Of a DNA stretch of 64,000 nucleotides, positions 12,730 to 24,647 are shown in pieces. Numbering within the stretch: the first letter of the stretch is position 1; each line of letters begins with the position of its first letter. This DNA is from Synechococcus sp. GTDB taxonomy: Bacteria > Cyanobacteriota > Cyanobacteriia > PCC-6307 > Cyanobiaceae. The DNA lies in assembly GCA_047284725.1 (NCBI GenBank), contig JBJBEO010000001.1, positions 2,328,203 through 2,392,202 on the forward strand. The letters run 5' to 3'. The notes beneath the pieces were generated by a model that did no database searches, was not told where the DNA came from, and saw nothing but the letters and a program-made list of their open reading frames with translations. Both the position numbers and the translations under genes were made by a program.

Positions 12730-14739
12730 ATGGTCGCCGCGCCCGCATCCATCGACACGCTCTGCGTCAACAGCATCCGCATGCTGGCCGTTGACGCCAT
12801 CAACAAATCCAAGAGCGGTCATCCCGGCCTGCCGATGGGCTGCGCCCCGATGGGCTATGCACTGTGGGACAAGTTCCTGAAGCACAACCCCAAAAACCCC
12901 AAGTGGTTCAACCGCGACCGCTTTGTGCTCTCAGCCGGCCATGGCTGCATGCTGCTGTACGCACTGCTGCACCTCACCGGGTACGACTCGGTGTCGATCG
13001 AAGACATCCAAAATTTCCGCCAGTGGGGCTCCAAGACCCCTGGTCACCCTGAAACCTTCGAGACCCCGGGGGTCGAAGTCACCACCGGTCCTCTCGGTGC
13101 CGGCATCTCCAATGCGGTCGGGCTTGCCATTGCTGAGGCCCATCTCGCCGCCAAGTTCAACAAACCCGACGCCACCATTGTTGACCACTACACCTACGTG
13201 GTAATGGGTGATGGCTGCAACCAGGAAGGCGTTGCGTCGGAAGCGGCCTCCCTGGCTGGCCACCTCAAGCTGGGCAAGCTGATCGCTCTTTATGACGACA
13301 ACAGCATCACCATCGACGGACGCACCGATGTGTCCTTCACCGAGGATGTGCTGAAGCGCTACGAAGCCTACGGCTGGCACGTTCAGCATGTGGCCGATGG
13401 CAACACTGATGTGAATGCCATCGCCAAGGCAATCGAAGCGGCCAAGGCTGTCACCGACAAGCCTTCAATCATCAAAGTCACCACCACCATCGGCTTCGGC
13501 TCTCCGAACAAGAGCGATACGGCAGGCGTGCACGGCGCACCCCTGGGTGAAGACGAAACCGCCCTGACCCGTCAGCAGCTGAACTGGAGCTACGGCCCCT
13601 TCGAAGTGCCCCAGGAGGCCTACGACCAGTTCCGTCAGGCCATTGAGCGCGGCGCCAGCCTGGAGGCCGAGTGGAACCAGACCCTTGCGACCTACCGCAC
13701 CCAGTACCCCGCTGAGGCTGCCGTGTTCGAGCGCATGCTGCGCGGGGAACTGCCCCAGGGCTGGGACAAGGATCTCCCCACCTACACCCCTGAAGATGGT
13801 GGCCTGGCCACCCGTAAGCACTCCCAGATCTGTCTGGGTGCTCTGGGTCCCAACCTGCCTGAACTCATCGGCGGCTCCGCCGACCTCACCCACTCCAACT
13901 ACACCGACATCAAGGGCGAGACCGGCTCCTTCCAACCCGACAGCCGCGACAAGCGCTACCTGCACTTCGGTGTGCGCGAGCACGCCATGGCTGCGATCCT
14001 CAACGGCATCGCCTACCACAACAGCGGTCTGATCCCCTACGGCGGCACCTTCCTAGTCTTCGCCGATTACATGCGCGGCTCCATGCGCCTGTCCGCTCTG
14101 AGTGAGCTTGGTGTGATCTACGTGCTCACCCACGACTCCATCGGTGTGGGCGAGGACGGTCCCACCCACCAGCCGATCGAAACCATCCCCTCGCTGCGGG
14201 CAATCCCCAACATGCTGGTGTTCCGGCCTGGCGACGGCAACGAAACCAGTGGTGCCTACAAGATCGCTGTTGAAAACCGCAAGCGCCCCAGCTCCCTCTG
14301 CCTCAGCCGGCAGAACATGGCCAACCAAGCCAATTCCTCGATCGAGAAGGTGGCCTTTGGTGGGTATGTGCTCGAAGACTGTGAAGGGACACCTGAACTG
14401 ATCCTGATCGGCACCGGCTCCGAACTCGACCTGTGCGTGCAGGCTTCCAAGCAGCTCACCGCTGAAGGCAAGAAGGTGCGCGTGGTGTCGATGCCCTGTG
14501 TCGAACTCTTCGACGAGCAGAGCGATGCCTACAAGGAGCAGGTGCTGCCTTCCTCCGTGCGCAAGCGCATCGTGGTGGAAGCCGCAGAAGCCTTCGGCTG
14601 GCATCGTTTCGTCGGCCTTGATGGCGACACCGTCACCATGAACCGCTTCGGTGCTTCAGCCCCCGGCGGTACCTGCATGGAGAAGTTCGGCTTCACTGTG
14701 GAGAACGTGGTGGCCAAGTCGAAGGCTCTGCTCGGCTGA
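12730..14739 (+). CDS. tkt: Transketolase
   Basis: [21 protein letters not shown] motif, [24 protein letters not shown]. Confidence 0.98.
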   Translation: MVAAPASIDTLCVNSIRMLAVDAINKSKSGHPGLPMGCAPMGYALWDKFLKHNPKNPKWFNRDRFVLSAGHGCMLLYALLHLTGYDSVSIEDIQNFRQWGSKTPGHPETFETPGVEVTTGPLGAGISNAVGLAIAEAHLAAKFNKPDATIVDHYTYVVMGDGCNQEGVASEAASLAGHLKLGKLIALYDDNSITIDGRTDVSFTEDVLKRYEAYGWHVQHVADGNTDVNAIAKAIEAAKAVTDKPSIIKVTTTIGFGSPNKSDTAGVHGAPLGEDETALTRQQLNWSYGPFEVPQEAYDQFRQAIERGASLEAEWNQTLATYRTQYPAEAAVFERMLRGELPQGWDKDLPTYTPEDGGLATRKHSQICLGALGPNLPELIGGSADLTHSNYTDIKGETGSFQPDSRDKRYLHFGVREHAMAAILNGIAYHNSGLIPYGGTFLVFADYMRGSMRLSALSELGVIYVLTHDSIGVGEDGPTHQPIETIPSLRAIPNMLVFRPGDGNETSGAYKIAVENRKRPSSLCLSRQNMANQANSSIEKVAFGGYVLEDCEGTPELILIGTGSELDLCVQASKQLTAEGKKVRVVSMPCVELFDEQSDAYKEQVLPSSVRKRIVVEAAEAFGWHRFVGLDGDTVTMNRFGASAPGGTCMEKFGFTVENVVAKSKALLG

Positions 14740-14774
14740 GCCCACCCAAGCAACTGCGCTCCGTTCAATGCTTC

Positions 14775-14799
14775 AGCCCTCCTTCAGGAGGGCTTTTTT
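14775..14799 (+). terminator. Intrinsic terminator of acpP-fabF-tkt
   Basis: AGCCCTCC-TTCA-GGAGGGCT followed by TTTTT. Confidence 0.85.
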
Positions 14800-14877
14800 A
14801 ATACTTGCAAGCCTGTTCCGGCGGAATGCTGCCAAGGGTTCACGGGAACACTGACAGCGCTCTAAGCCTCATCCAAT

Positions 14878-14910
14878 AAAAAGACGGTCTCGCGCGGATC
14901 GCACGAGACC
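14878..14910 (-). terminator. Second, downstream minus-strand terminator-like hairpin
   Basis: Minus strand GGTCTCGTGCG-ATC-CGCGCGAGACC, then GTC-TTTTT. Confidence 0.5.
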
Positions 14911-14953
14911 CCATGAGCAAGACACAACAACCATCAGTGCAGCCCTCGCCATC

Positions 14954-14981
14954 AAAAAACCCCGGTGTCCCCACCGGGGTT
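14954..14981 (-). terminator. Intrinsic terminator of thiC
   Basis: AACCCCGGTG...CACCGGGGTT hairpin with a U-run on the minus strand. Confidence 0.8.
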
Positions 14982-15019
14982 GAAGACGTTCGAAATGAAG
15001 AGCCCTAGGGCCTGAAGGA

Positions 15020-16562
<1,543 letters not shown>

Positions 16563-16589
16563 GATGGAAACCTAGCAAGCGCTGCAGGG

Positions 16590-17213
16590 TCAGCACTGCA
16601 GCCCGTTCAGCGCCGCAGCCACCACGCGGTGATCACTGTCCTGTTGCAGCCCCTGCAGCAACTCCCGTGCAGTGGAAGCCTGGGGGACGCGATCATGCAC
16701 GAGCCGGCCGAGGATCTCAGCACCACCAACCCTGACGGTGCCATCGCCATCCACGATCGCAAGCTCGGCCAGATCCAAGAGCCAGGCAGGATCGATCTCA
16801 GGCTGCTCAGCGAACGCCGAGAGGATGCTGCAACGGAGTAGCCAAGCGTCATCCGCCACAAACCGCTGCCGCAACAGCGGCCATGAGCGTTCAACGCCAT
16901 AGCTCGCCAGGGCGTTGGCTGCCTCAGCCCTGACGTTGGCATCCTCATCGGCAGCCACCAAACGTTCCAGCACATCCCAGCCCTGCTGAGTGCGGCGCAT
17001 GCCCAGGCCGCTGCAGCTCAACGAACGCACCACAAAGGCGGACTGCTCCGTACCGAGAATCAGCAAGGGCACCACCACAGCAGCGTTGGCGCTCTCCGGA
17101 AACTCACGCAAGCGGGCCAACGAAGGCAGAGCCCGCATCGGATCCCCCGAACCAATCGCCTCCCTCAAAGCCTCTGGATCAGGCAGGGGCTGGGGTGTTG
17201 AACTGGAGGTCAT
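16590..17213 (-). CDS. HEAT-repeat (PBS lyase-like) protein
   Basis: Repeats DEDANVRAEAANAL, DGDGTVRVGGAEIL, DSDHRVVAAAL. Confidence 0.85.
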   Translation of the reverse strand: MTSSSTPQPLPDPEALREAIGSGDPMRALPSLARLREFPESANAAVVVPLLILGTEQSAFVVRSLSCSGLGMRRTQQGWDVLERLVAADEDANVRAEAANALASYGVERSWPLLRQRFVADDAWLLRCSILSAFAEQPEIDPAWLLDLAELAIVDGDGTVRVGGAEILGRLVHDRVPQASTARELLQGLQQDSDHRVVAAALNGLQC

Positions 17214-17458
17214 TGCGCGGTATCAGACTCGGGGCGGTCGGTGCGACTGTTGCGCAGGGCCATCAACAGCCGGTGTCGGCGACGTCGACGGCCCACCACG
17301 GCACTGATCACCAGACCGATGCCCACCAGGATGGCAGGCAGAGCCTGGAGTTGGTCGTTGCCTTGTCTCTGAATCATGGCCACCAACCCCAGCACCACCA
17401 AGAGAGGCGCTGCCAGCGACAACCACACATGACCCGAGCGTGGTTGGTGCGGTCTCAT
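17210..17458 (-). CDS. Small 2-TM membrane protein (DUF3188-like)
   Basis: Two hydrophobic helices and an Arg-rich tail, with 4-nt overlaps to both neighbours. Confidence 0.75.
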   Translation of the reverse strand: MRPHQPRSGHVWLSLAAPLLVVLGLVAMIQRQGNDQLQALPAILVGIGLVISAVVGRRRRRHRLLMALRNSRTDRPESDTAQ

Positions 17459-18648
17459 GGCTGGAGTTCAGCGCTCCAGGCCAACAGTGCTGCAGTGAGC
17501 ACCCGAATACCGACCTCCAGACTGCCCTCCTCCGGTCGAAAGCGACCGTTGTGCAGGGGCGCACAGCCCTCCGGACCCGCGACCCCGAGGCGGAACATGC
17601 TGCCAGGGAGATCTTGCACCAACTCAGCGAAGTCTTCCGCTCCCAGTGACGGCTGATCCAGTCGCAGCACCTGCGCCCGTCCGAGCTGCTCGACAGCACA
17701 GCGCTCGAGCAGCTCGGTGAGGTGGACGTCGTTTTGGACCGGTGGGGCAATACAGCGGTAACTGACTCTGGCCGTCGCCCCGAAACTGGCGCAAATCGCC
17801 TGCACGGTCTCCTCAATCCAAGCGGGAAGACGGCTGTGGAGATCGGCATCCAAACAGCGCAACGTGCCCAGCAAGCGCACCCGATCGGCAATGACATTGA
17901 ACGCCTTACCTCCCTCGACCCTGCCAAAACTGAGCACCACTGGGTGAAGCGCATCCAACCGCCGGCTGATCGCCTCCTGCAGGCCGGTGACCACGCGCGC
18001 CGCAATCCAGATGGCATCCACGGACTGGTGCGGTCTGGCACCGTGGCCCCCTTCCCCAATCACACTGATTTCCAGTTCACCAGCGGCAGCAGTGAGGCTG
18101 CCGCTGCGCACGCCGATCGAGCCGACTGGAATGCTGGGGAACGCATGCACCCCATAGAGGGCGGACAACCCCTCAAGCGCACCGTCATCACGCATCCAGC
18201 GTGCCCCCTGGGCCAACTCCTCCGCCGGTTGGAACAGCAACCGCACGCCGCAGGGAAGCGCTTGCCGCGCCTGATGCACCGCCAGCATCCGAGCCACCCC
18301 AAGGCCGATGCAGGTGTGCAGGTCATGCCCACAGGCATGCATCACCCCCAATCGACGGGAGGCATAGGGCAGGTCGGTGCGCTCCTCCACAGGCAGAGCA
18401 TCCATGTCAACGCGCAAACCAATGCGAGGGCCTTCGCGCTGACCGAGCTCCGCCACAACGCCGGTTCGCCCAACACCCTCGCGCACGCTCCACCCGTGAG
18501 CCCGCAGATCTCCTGCCACAAGCGCGGCAGTCTGGTGTTCTTCGCCGCTCAGTTCGGGGTGAGCATGCAGATGACGACGCAACTCAAGCAACTCGGGCAG
18601 CTGCTGGGTGAGAGCTTGGTGCCAAAGGGTGCTGAGGACGTCGTTCAT
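17455..18648 (-). CDS. M20 family amidohydrolase
   Basis: RRHLHAHPELS, RVDMDALP, MHACGHD, FQPAEE, GGHGARP, EDFA. Confidence 0.93.
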   Translation of the reverse strand: MNDVLSTLWHQALTQQLPELLELRRHLHAHPELSGEEHQTAALVAGDLRAHGWSVREGVGRTGVVAELGQREGPRIGLRVDMDALPVEERTDLPYASRRLGVMHACGHDLHTCIGLGVARMLAVHQARQALPCGVRLLFQPAEELAQGARWMRDDGALEGLSALYGVHAFPSIPVGSIGVRSGSLTAAAGELEISVIGEGGHGARPHQSVDAIWIAARVVTGLQEAISRRLDALHPVVLSFGRVEGGKAFNVIADRVRLLGTLRCLDADLHSRLPAWIEETVQAICASFGATARVSYRCIAPPVQNDVHLTELLERCAVEQLGRAQVLRLDQPSLGAEDFAELVQDLPGSMFRLGVAGPEGCAPLHNGRFRPEEGSLEVGIRVLTAALLAWSAELQP

Positions 18649-19460
18649 GGCGTCTCCAACTTCAGAAAAGCCATCAGATCAGCGGTGGGGCCAGGGGGCC
18701 AGCGACGCACTTCCAGCAACCAGTCGGCTTGACCATACCGAGGGTCGAGACCCGATGCAGCAGCCCAGTGACTTTCCGCCTCACCCCGCTGCCCTTGGCG
18801 CCACAGCAAGGCACTGAGGCTGGCACGGGCATCGGCAAACATCGGATAGCGGCGAATGATGTTGCGCAACTGCCGCTCCGCCAGCGCCAAGTGATTGAGC
18901 TGATAGTGAGCCAGAGCTTCACTGGAGCGTGCCATGGCAAAACCCGGCCGCGCCATGGAGGCCTGACCGTAGAGGTCAGCGGCGTCAGTCCAGGCATCCT
19001 GCGACCCCCGCACGTTTCCGAGGTTGTAGAGGGCTGAGGCCTCCTGGGGATCTTGCTCCAGGATCCAGCGGTAATCGGCAGCGGCTGCATCCCACTGCTT
19101 CAACGCTTCTTCAGCAGTTCCCCGGTTGAGATGGGGATCAATCTCGTCGGGTGAGAGCTCTATCGCCCTGGTCTGATCGGCAATGGCCCCATCGGCATCC
19201 CCCAGGACCAGCCGGACGTTGCCGCGATTGCTCAGCGCTGCCGCATCACTGGGGTGCTGAGCCAGGAAACGATCCCAGAGTGGCAGGGCTTGCTCCGCCT
19301 CACCGTTGCGACTTGCCCTCAACGCCTGCTCAAACAGTGCTTGATCCATGCCGGCCGTGGCAAGAGGTCCCAGGGGACATGCTTGAGCAGGCAGCGGAGC
19401 TGCCAAGGCCAGACCCCAAGCCATCACCAACGCCAACCCAACGCTAACCAAGCACTTCAT
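18645..19460 (-). CDS. TPR-repeat protein with signal peptide
   Basis: TPR motifs (ALSNRGN, PHLNRG, ALYNLGN). ATG at 19460 overlaps the ruvB stop. Confidence 0.88.
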   Translation of the reverse strand: MKCLVSVGLALVMAWGLALAAPLPAQACPLGPLATAGMDQALFEQALRASRNGEAEQALPLWDRFLAQHPSDAAALSNRGNVRLVLGDADGAIADQTRAIELSPDEIDPHLNRGTAEEALKQWDAAAADYRWILEQDPQEASALYNLGNVRGSQDAWTDAADLYGQASMARPGFAMARSSEALAHYQLNHLALAERQLRNIIRRYPMFADARASLSALLWRQGQRGEAESHWAAASGLDPRYGQADWLLEVRRWPPGPTADLMAFLKLETP

Positions 19461-20578
19461 GCTGCGGACCCCTGGGAGATGGACTCCCCCTCCTCTGGCC
19501 AACCGAGATGACGCCGGCCCGCCACCGTCACCACCCGCCCGCGGGGGGTGCGCTGCAGAAAGCCCAGCTGAAGCAGGTAAGGCTCCACCACCGTTTCCAA
19601 CGTGGTGGAATCTTCGCCGAGGGCAGCCGCCAGAGTGTCGAGCCCCACGGGACCACCACCGTGCGACTGCAGCAACAGCTCGAGCAAGCGACGGTCACTG
19701 GCATCCAACCCCCGCCCATCAACGCGATGGAGGCTGAGGGCCTCGTCCACCAAAACAGCATCAATCGGCGGAATGGCGTCGCGAGAGGACACCGTGTCGC
19801 TTGGTGCCGCAGCGCGGACACTGGCGACATCGCGGACACGCCGCAACAGTCGATTGGCAATTCGGGGAGTCCCACGGCAGCGGCGGGCGATCTCCGTGCA
19901 GCCCTGAGGCGAGAGCTGGAGACCAAGCAGGCCGGCTGCCCGCTCCACAATCGCTTCGAGATCTTCCTGGCCGTAAAACTCCAAACGCTGGATCAGTCCG
20001 AAGCGATCCCGGAGGGGTGAACTGAGCGATCCAGCACGGGTCGTCGCTCCGACCAATGTGAAAGGTGGTAGATCGAGGGTGCGGGTGCGTGCCGTACTGC
20101 CCTTGCCCACGGTGAGATCCAAACGGCGATCTTCCATCGCCGGATAGAGCAACTCCTCTGCCACCCGTGTGAGCCGATGGATCTCATCGATGAACAGCAG
20201 CTCCCTGGGCTGGAGATTCACCAACAGGCCGACGATGTCGCGAGGGCGCTCCAGCGCCGGAGCACTGGTGATGCGGCAACTCACCCCCAGCTCCTCGGCG
20301 AGCACCAGGGCCATGGTGGTCTTACCGAGCCCGGGGGGGCCGTAGAGCAGCACATGGTCGAGAGCATCACCGCGAGCCGAAGCCGCCTGCACGGCGATGC
20401 CGAGCACCTGTTTCAACTCACGCTGGCCGATGTAATCCTTCAGGCGTTTCGGCCGTAGCCCGTCGTCCCGAGCAGGGGAGCTTTCCTGGGGTGTTGCCTC
20501 AGGCGAGAGCAACGGCGATGGCGCTTCGCCGGGCCGCCGCACGCGCTTGGGTCTTGCTGCGGAAGACTCGATTGCCAT
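19457..20578 (-). CDS. ruvB: Holliday junction branch migration helicase RuvB
   Basis: [52 protein letters not shown]. Confidence 0.97.
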   Translation of the reverse strand: MAIESSAARPKRVRRPGEAPSPLLSPEATPQESSPARDDGLRPKRLKDYIGQRELKQVLGIAVQAASARGDALDHVLLYGPPGLGKTTMALVLAEELGVSCRITSAPALERPRDIVGLLVNLQPRELLFIDEIHRLTRVAEELLYPAMEDRRLDLTVGKGSTARTRTLDLPPFTLVGATTRAGSLSSPLRDRFGLIQRLEFYGQEDLEAIVERAAGLLGLQLSPQGCTEIARRCRGTPRIANRLLRRVRDVASVRAAAPSDTVSSRDAIPPIDAVLVDEALSLHRVDGRGLDASDRRLLELLLQSHGGGPVGLDTLAAALGEDSTTLETVVEPYLLQLGFLQRTPRGRVVTVAGRRHLGWPEEGESISQGSAA

Positions 20579-20662
20579 GGGATGAGCGTACCGAGGGCGC
20601 AACGAGGATGGGAACCTGATCCCCACTAGGCTCGTGAGCAACAGCGGCAGCAGTGCAGCGTC

Positions 20663-21163
20663 ATGGCGAAAGGTCCGGGCCGCAGGGGAAACAGCGGAAA
20701 GGACGCCAAGGACAAGCCGCGGATCCTGGCGGACAATCGCTTTGCTCGCCACCAATACGAAATCCTCGAAACCCTGGAAACCGGGATCGAGCTGCTGGGC
20801 ACCGAGGTGAAGTCGGTGCGAGCGGGACAGACCAACCTGCGGGACGGGTTCTGCCTGATCCGCAATGGCCAGATGCAACTGCACAACGTGCACATCTCAC
20901 CCCATCGCCACGCTGGCAGCTACTTCAACCACGACCCGCTGCGGGTGCGACGGCTGCTCGCCCACCGCAAGGAGATCGACAAACTGCGCATCCACCTCGA
21001 CCAGAAGGGCCTGACTCTGATCCCCCTCAATCTTCACCTCAAGGGGTCATGGATCAAGCTCACCATCGGCCTCGGCAAAGGCCGAAAGCTGCATGACAAA
21101 CGGGCGGCCGAGAAGGAGAAGCAAACCAAGAAAGAAACCAGGTCGGCACTGGAGCGTTACTAA
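20663..21163 (+). CDS. smpB: SsrA-binding protein
   Basis: [35 protein letters not shown]. Confidence 0.97.
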   Translation: MAKGPGRRGNSGKDAKDKPRILADNRFARHQYEILETLETGIELLGTEVKSVRAGQTNLRDGFCLIRNGQMQLHNVHISPHRHAGSYFNHDPLRVRRLLAHRKEIDKLRIHLDQKGLTLIPLNLHLKGSWIKLTIGLGKGRKLHDKRAAEKEKQTKKETRSALERY

Positions 21164-21240
21164 ATCAACACGAGTCCTCGCCTCCACCCTGCGTCGTTGC
21201 TTGGGGCTGAGAAAGCAGTCTGACCAACACACCCCATGGA

Positions 21241-23322
21241 TCATGGAGGCGGCGGCTCGGGTGGAGGCGGTGAGAGCGGCGAACGGTCTGGCACCCCAAC
21301 GGGGCGAGGACCCGGTGGATCAGACAAGTCATCATCAGCACCCGAAAAGCCTGTTGCCGGATCTGGAATGGGGTTGGGATCCACCGCCGGCAAAGGCATG
21401 GCAGGAGGTCGATCAGCCCGACAGGAGAGGGTCAGCACCCCTGAGGAAACCCCTTCATTGGTGACCAGCACCTGCACCGGCGAGCCCGCGTCAGCGGAGA
21501 GCGTCACCACCCGCAGGGGTCCTCGTTCCGCCACCACGGTGCCGTCACCGCCAAACACCGTCATCTGCATCAACGGAGTGCCATTGATACCGAGCACCAG
21601 ACGGCGGCCCTTCGGCACGTCAATAGAAATCAAACGCGCACCACCCGCCTTCACCCGACTGGACAACACGGTGGGCTCCATGGGCCGGGCCGTCACTGAC
21701 TCAATCCGCACGTCATCAAGACTGCGCATGGCTGCTGCATACCAGAGCTGTCGATAGGGCTCCGGTGGCTTGGCACCCGCTGCGACTCCAGGCAACAGGT
21801 TCTGGGCCGACGCGGTGACGAGTTGCTCGACCACCCTGCCGTCCACCCCCTGACGGGTGAGCACATCCCGCTGCTTGCTCCAATCAGCAGCAGTAAGGCG
21901 ACCGAGTCGGCCTCGTAATGCCGGAGGCAACTGTTCCACCCGGACAAGCCATTCCTCCGCGAGCTCATTCCAGGCCTGGCGTAGCGGCGCATCAACCAAG
22001 GAATCGCTCGGCAATCGACCGTTGCGTTCCGGATACTGCGCCAGCAGGCTGTCGTCCACCAAGCTGAGGAACCAGCTGCGGTCGATCTGAAGAGCCCTCA
22101 AACGACTCAGCAGTTGCTTCCGCTGATCCACTTCCTCCGCCGGGAGACTGGACTGGGGGACCCTGCCAATCACATCACGATCAGTGGATGGCGCCCCTCC
22201 CGGCTGACTGCCGCGAGTGATCAGGAACCATCCGATTGCCGTGCCGACGACAGCCGACACCAGCAGCGCTCCCACCATCGGCCACAAGCGACCTTCGGCC
22301 GCCTGCTGCCGCTGCTGCCCGCGCGGGAGGGCGCGACGCTCGCTTGAGGCCGCCCCCATCACGCCTCCAGATCCATCCTCTGCGGCAGCACCAGCCCGCT
22401 CCATCTGGGGCAGATCCGGTGAAGCCTGAGCCGGCTGAGACGGATCCACGGCCTCCAAGTCCTGAACGGCTGGAGCCACCACTAGGGTGCGTTCCGCACG
22501 AGCGATCGGCCCCGTGCTCTCAGGCATCACCACCGACTGGAGGGCTTTCAAGGCCTCAACCGCGACATCAAACCGCTCGCCGGACTGCTCACTGAGCAAA
22601 CGAACCAAAGCCTGCCGAAACGGGGGCTCGAGCTCCAGGCTCTCGGGCACGACCCAGGAGGCAGCCTGGCCATCCAGCAACGCTTCAGGCCGGCGACCCG
22701 TCAGCAGCACCAGGGCTGTCACCCCGAGCCCATGCAGATCCATCCATGCCGCTGCCGGCTCGCCGCGGCCCTGGGCCTGCGGCGCAAATCCAGCTGTCGC
22801 CCCCTTGATCGGCTGCTCACCCTGGCGCTGTAGCAGGCCGAAATCAATCAACACAGGAAGACCGTCCTGATCCCTGCGGAGCAGGTTGCCGGGGTTGAGA
22901 TCACCATGCACCAACCCCTTGGCATGAAGGACCGCCAGGGCGGGCAGAAGCTGCCGCAACAACAGCAGCACTTCACCACTGCCAAACACCAACTGGCGCT
23001 CCATCCGTTGCTGCTGGATCTGATCCAAAGGAGTGCCCTGCTGCCATTCCCGCACCAACCAGAGCGTCTCCCCCTGGTCAAGCAGCCCTCCGAAACGGGG
23101 AATCTGGGGGTGGAGCACCGCCTGCATCGCCGGCCACAAGGAGCGAAAACGAGCCTGAGCGGTGGGGCTTGCCAGCTGCCGCAACGCAACGGGAGCCTCG
23201 GATGCCAGCAGGTCCGAACCACGCCAAAGCAAACCCTGGGGCGATGCTGCATCCGCCGTCTGAGACGGATCCAACGACTGATCGATGCGGTAGCGCTCCG
23301 CGAGCACAGACCCGATCACCAT
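21241..23322 (-). CDS. Membrane-anchored Ser/Thr protein kinase-like protein
   Basis: HPQIPRF, HGDLNPGN, LIDFG, one TM helix, Pro-rich C-terminus. Confidence 0.88.
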   Translation of the reverse strand: MVIGSVLAERYRIDQSLDPSQTADAASPQGLLWRGSDLLASEAPVALRQLASPTAQARFRSLWPAMQAVLHPQIPRFGGLLDQGETLWLVREWQQGTPLDQIQQQRMERQLVFGSGEVLLLLRQLLPALAVLHAKGLVHGDLNPGNLLRRDQDGLPVLIDFGLLQRQGEQPIKGATAGFAPQAQGRGEPAAAWMDLHGLGVTALVLLTGRRPEALLDGQAASWVVPESLELEPPFRQALVRLLSEQSGERFDVAVEALKALQSVVMPESTGPIARAERTLVVAPAVQDLEAVDPSQPAQASPDLPQMERAGAAAEDGSGGVMGAASSERRALPRGQQRQQAAEGRLWPMVGALLVSAVVGTAIGWFLITRGSQPGGAPSTDRDVIGRVPQSSLPAEEVDQRKQLLSRLRALQIDRSWFLSLVDDSLLAQYPERNGRLPSDSLVDAPLRQAWNELAEEWLVRVEQLPPALRGRLGRLTAADWSKQRDVLTRQGVDGRVVEQLVTASAQNLLPGVAAGAKPPEPYRQLWYAAAMRSLDDVRIESVTARPMEPTVLSSRVKAGGARLISIDVPKGRRLVLGINGTPLMQMTVFGGDGTVVAERGPLRVVTLSADAGSPVQVLVTNEGVSSGVLTLSCRADRPPAMPLPAVDPNPIPDPATGFSGADDDLSDPPGPRPVGVPDRSPLSPPPPEPPPP

Positions 23323-23456
23323 CGCCTCCCCAGCTGTGGGCTGATGCTAAGGGCGCCATCAGGCCCAGGCCTCCTGCCCTGCCATCAGGGTGTGACAGAC
23401 GGTGTCTGCAATGGCCTCAGGACCTCCCTAGCCTGAATCTGAGCACTCCTGGAGCC

Positions 23457-24647
23457 ATGCCTCCCAGCACCCTGCTGCAACGGCTGCGGACAGTGCGAGA
23501 AACCAGCGAATCCCTGATCGAACCGCTGGAGCCAGAAGACCTCTGCCTGCAGGGCATGGCGGATGCCAGCCCACCGAAGTGGCACCTGGCGCACACCACC
23601 TGGTTTTTCGAAACCTTTGTGCTGAAGCCGTTCCAACCTGACCACCGCAGCGCCGATCCACGCTGGGGCTATCTGTTCAATTCCTATTACGAGACCGTTG
23701 GCCCACGGCAACCCCGGCCCGAACGGGGACTGCTCAGCCGTCCGCCGATGGCGGAAGTTTCTGACTGGCGTCATCGGGTGACGGAGTCGCTGGCCACCCT
23801 TCTTCAACAGGAGGACAATCCGCGCTGGAGTCCGTTGATCGAGCTGGGCCTGCACCACGAACAGCAGCATCAGGAACTGCTGTTGATGGATCTGCTCGAT
23901 GGCTTCAGCCGCCAACCGCTGGAACCGAGCTACTGCGATAACTGGCCCGTGGCGGCACCAACCGCACCGCGACCACAACAGTGGCTCCAGCACACCGGCG
24001 GCTTGGTGGAGATCGGTGCCGTCAGCGACGGCGGCTTTCACTTCGACAACGAAGGCCCCCGCCATCGCGTCTGGCTGGAACCCTTCGCCATCGCCAGTCA
24101 GCTGGTGCGCAACAGCGACTATCAGCGCTTCATCGACGATGGGGGCTATCGCCGTCCCGACCTGTGGATGAGCGAGGGCTGGGCCATGAGCCAGCAGCAG
24201 GGCTGGCAGGCCCCCCGCTACTGGCGCCGAGAGGCCGCCGATGCCCCCTGGGCATGGGAATTCAGCCTGGCAGGACGCCAACCCCTGGATTCGCACCAGC
24301 CGGTGCGCCACATCAGCTGGTTTGAAGCCGATGCCTATGCACGCTGGGCTGGGCATCGGCTTCCCAGCGAAGCGGAATGGGAAGTGGCTGCGCAGCACCA
24401 CGGCTCCGCTCTCGAAGAGGCCCACAGCGTTCTGTGGCAATGGACCGCCAGCCCCTATCGTCCCTATCCAGGATTTCAGTGTGCGACCGGTGCCGTGGGG
24501 GAATACAACGGCAAATTCATGACCTCGCAATTTGTGCTGCGCGGCAGCAGTCACCTGACGCCGGCAGGCCATAGCCGGCCCACTTATCGCAATTTCTTCG
24601 CCCCCGCCTGCCGCTGGATGGCGGCCGGAATCCGTCTGGCCCGATGA
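23457..24647 (+). CDS. egtB: Ergothioneine biosynthesis sulfoxide synthase EgtB
   Basis: SPPKWHLAHTTWFFE, FNSYY, HEQQHQE iron motif, FGE-sulfatase domain, EYNGKFM. Confidence 0.93.
   Translation: MPPSTLLQRLRTVRETSESLIEPLEPEDLCLQGMADASPPKWHLAHTTWFFETFVLKPFQPDHRSADPRWGYLFNSYYETVGPRQPRPERGLLSRPPMAEVSDWRHRVTESLATLLQQEDNPRWSPLIELGLHHEQQHQELLLMDLLDGFSRQPLEPSYCDNWPVAAPTAPRPQQWLQHTGGLVEIGAVSDGGFHFDNEGPRHRVWLEPFAIASQLVRNSDYQRFIDDGGYRRPDLWMSEGWAMSQQQGWQAPRYWRREAADAPWAWEFSLAGRQPLDSHQPVRHISWFEADAYARWAGHRLPSEAEWEVAAQHHGSALEEAHSVLWQWTASPYRPYPGFQCATGAVGEYNGKFMTSQFVLRGSSHLTPAGHSRPTYRNFFAPACRWMAAGIRLAR

Noticed and set aside
19457..20893. Extended 478-aa RuvB, and similar N-terminal extensions of thiC, acpP, ndhS, egtB and the response regulator
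   Set aside because: The extensions overlap neighbouring genes or regulatory RNA. Downstream start codons match the family N-termini.
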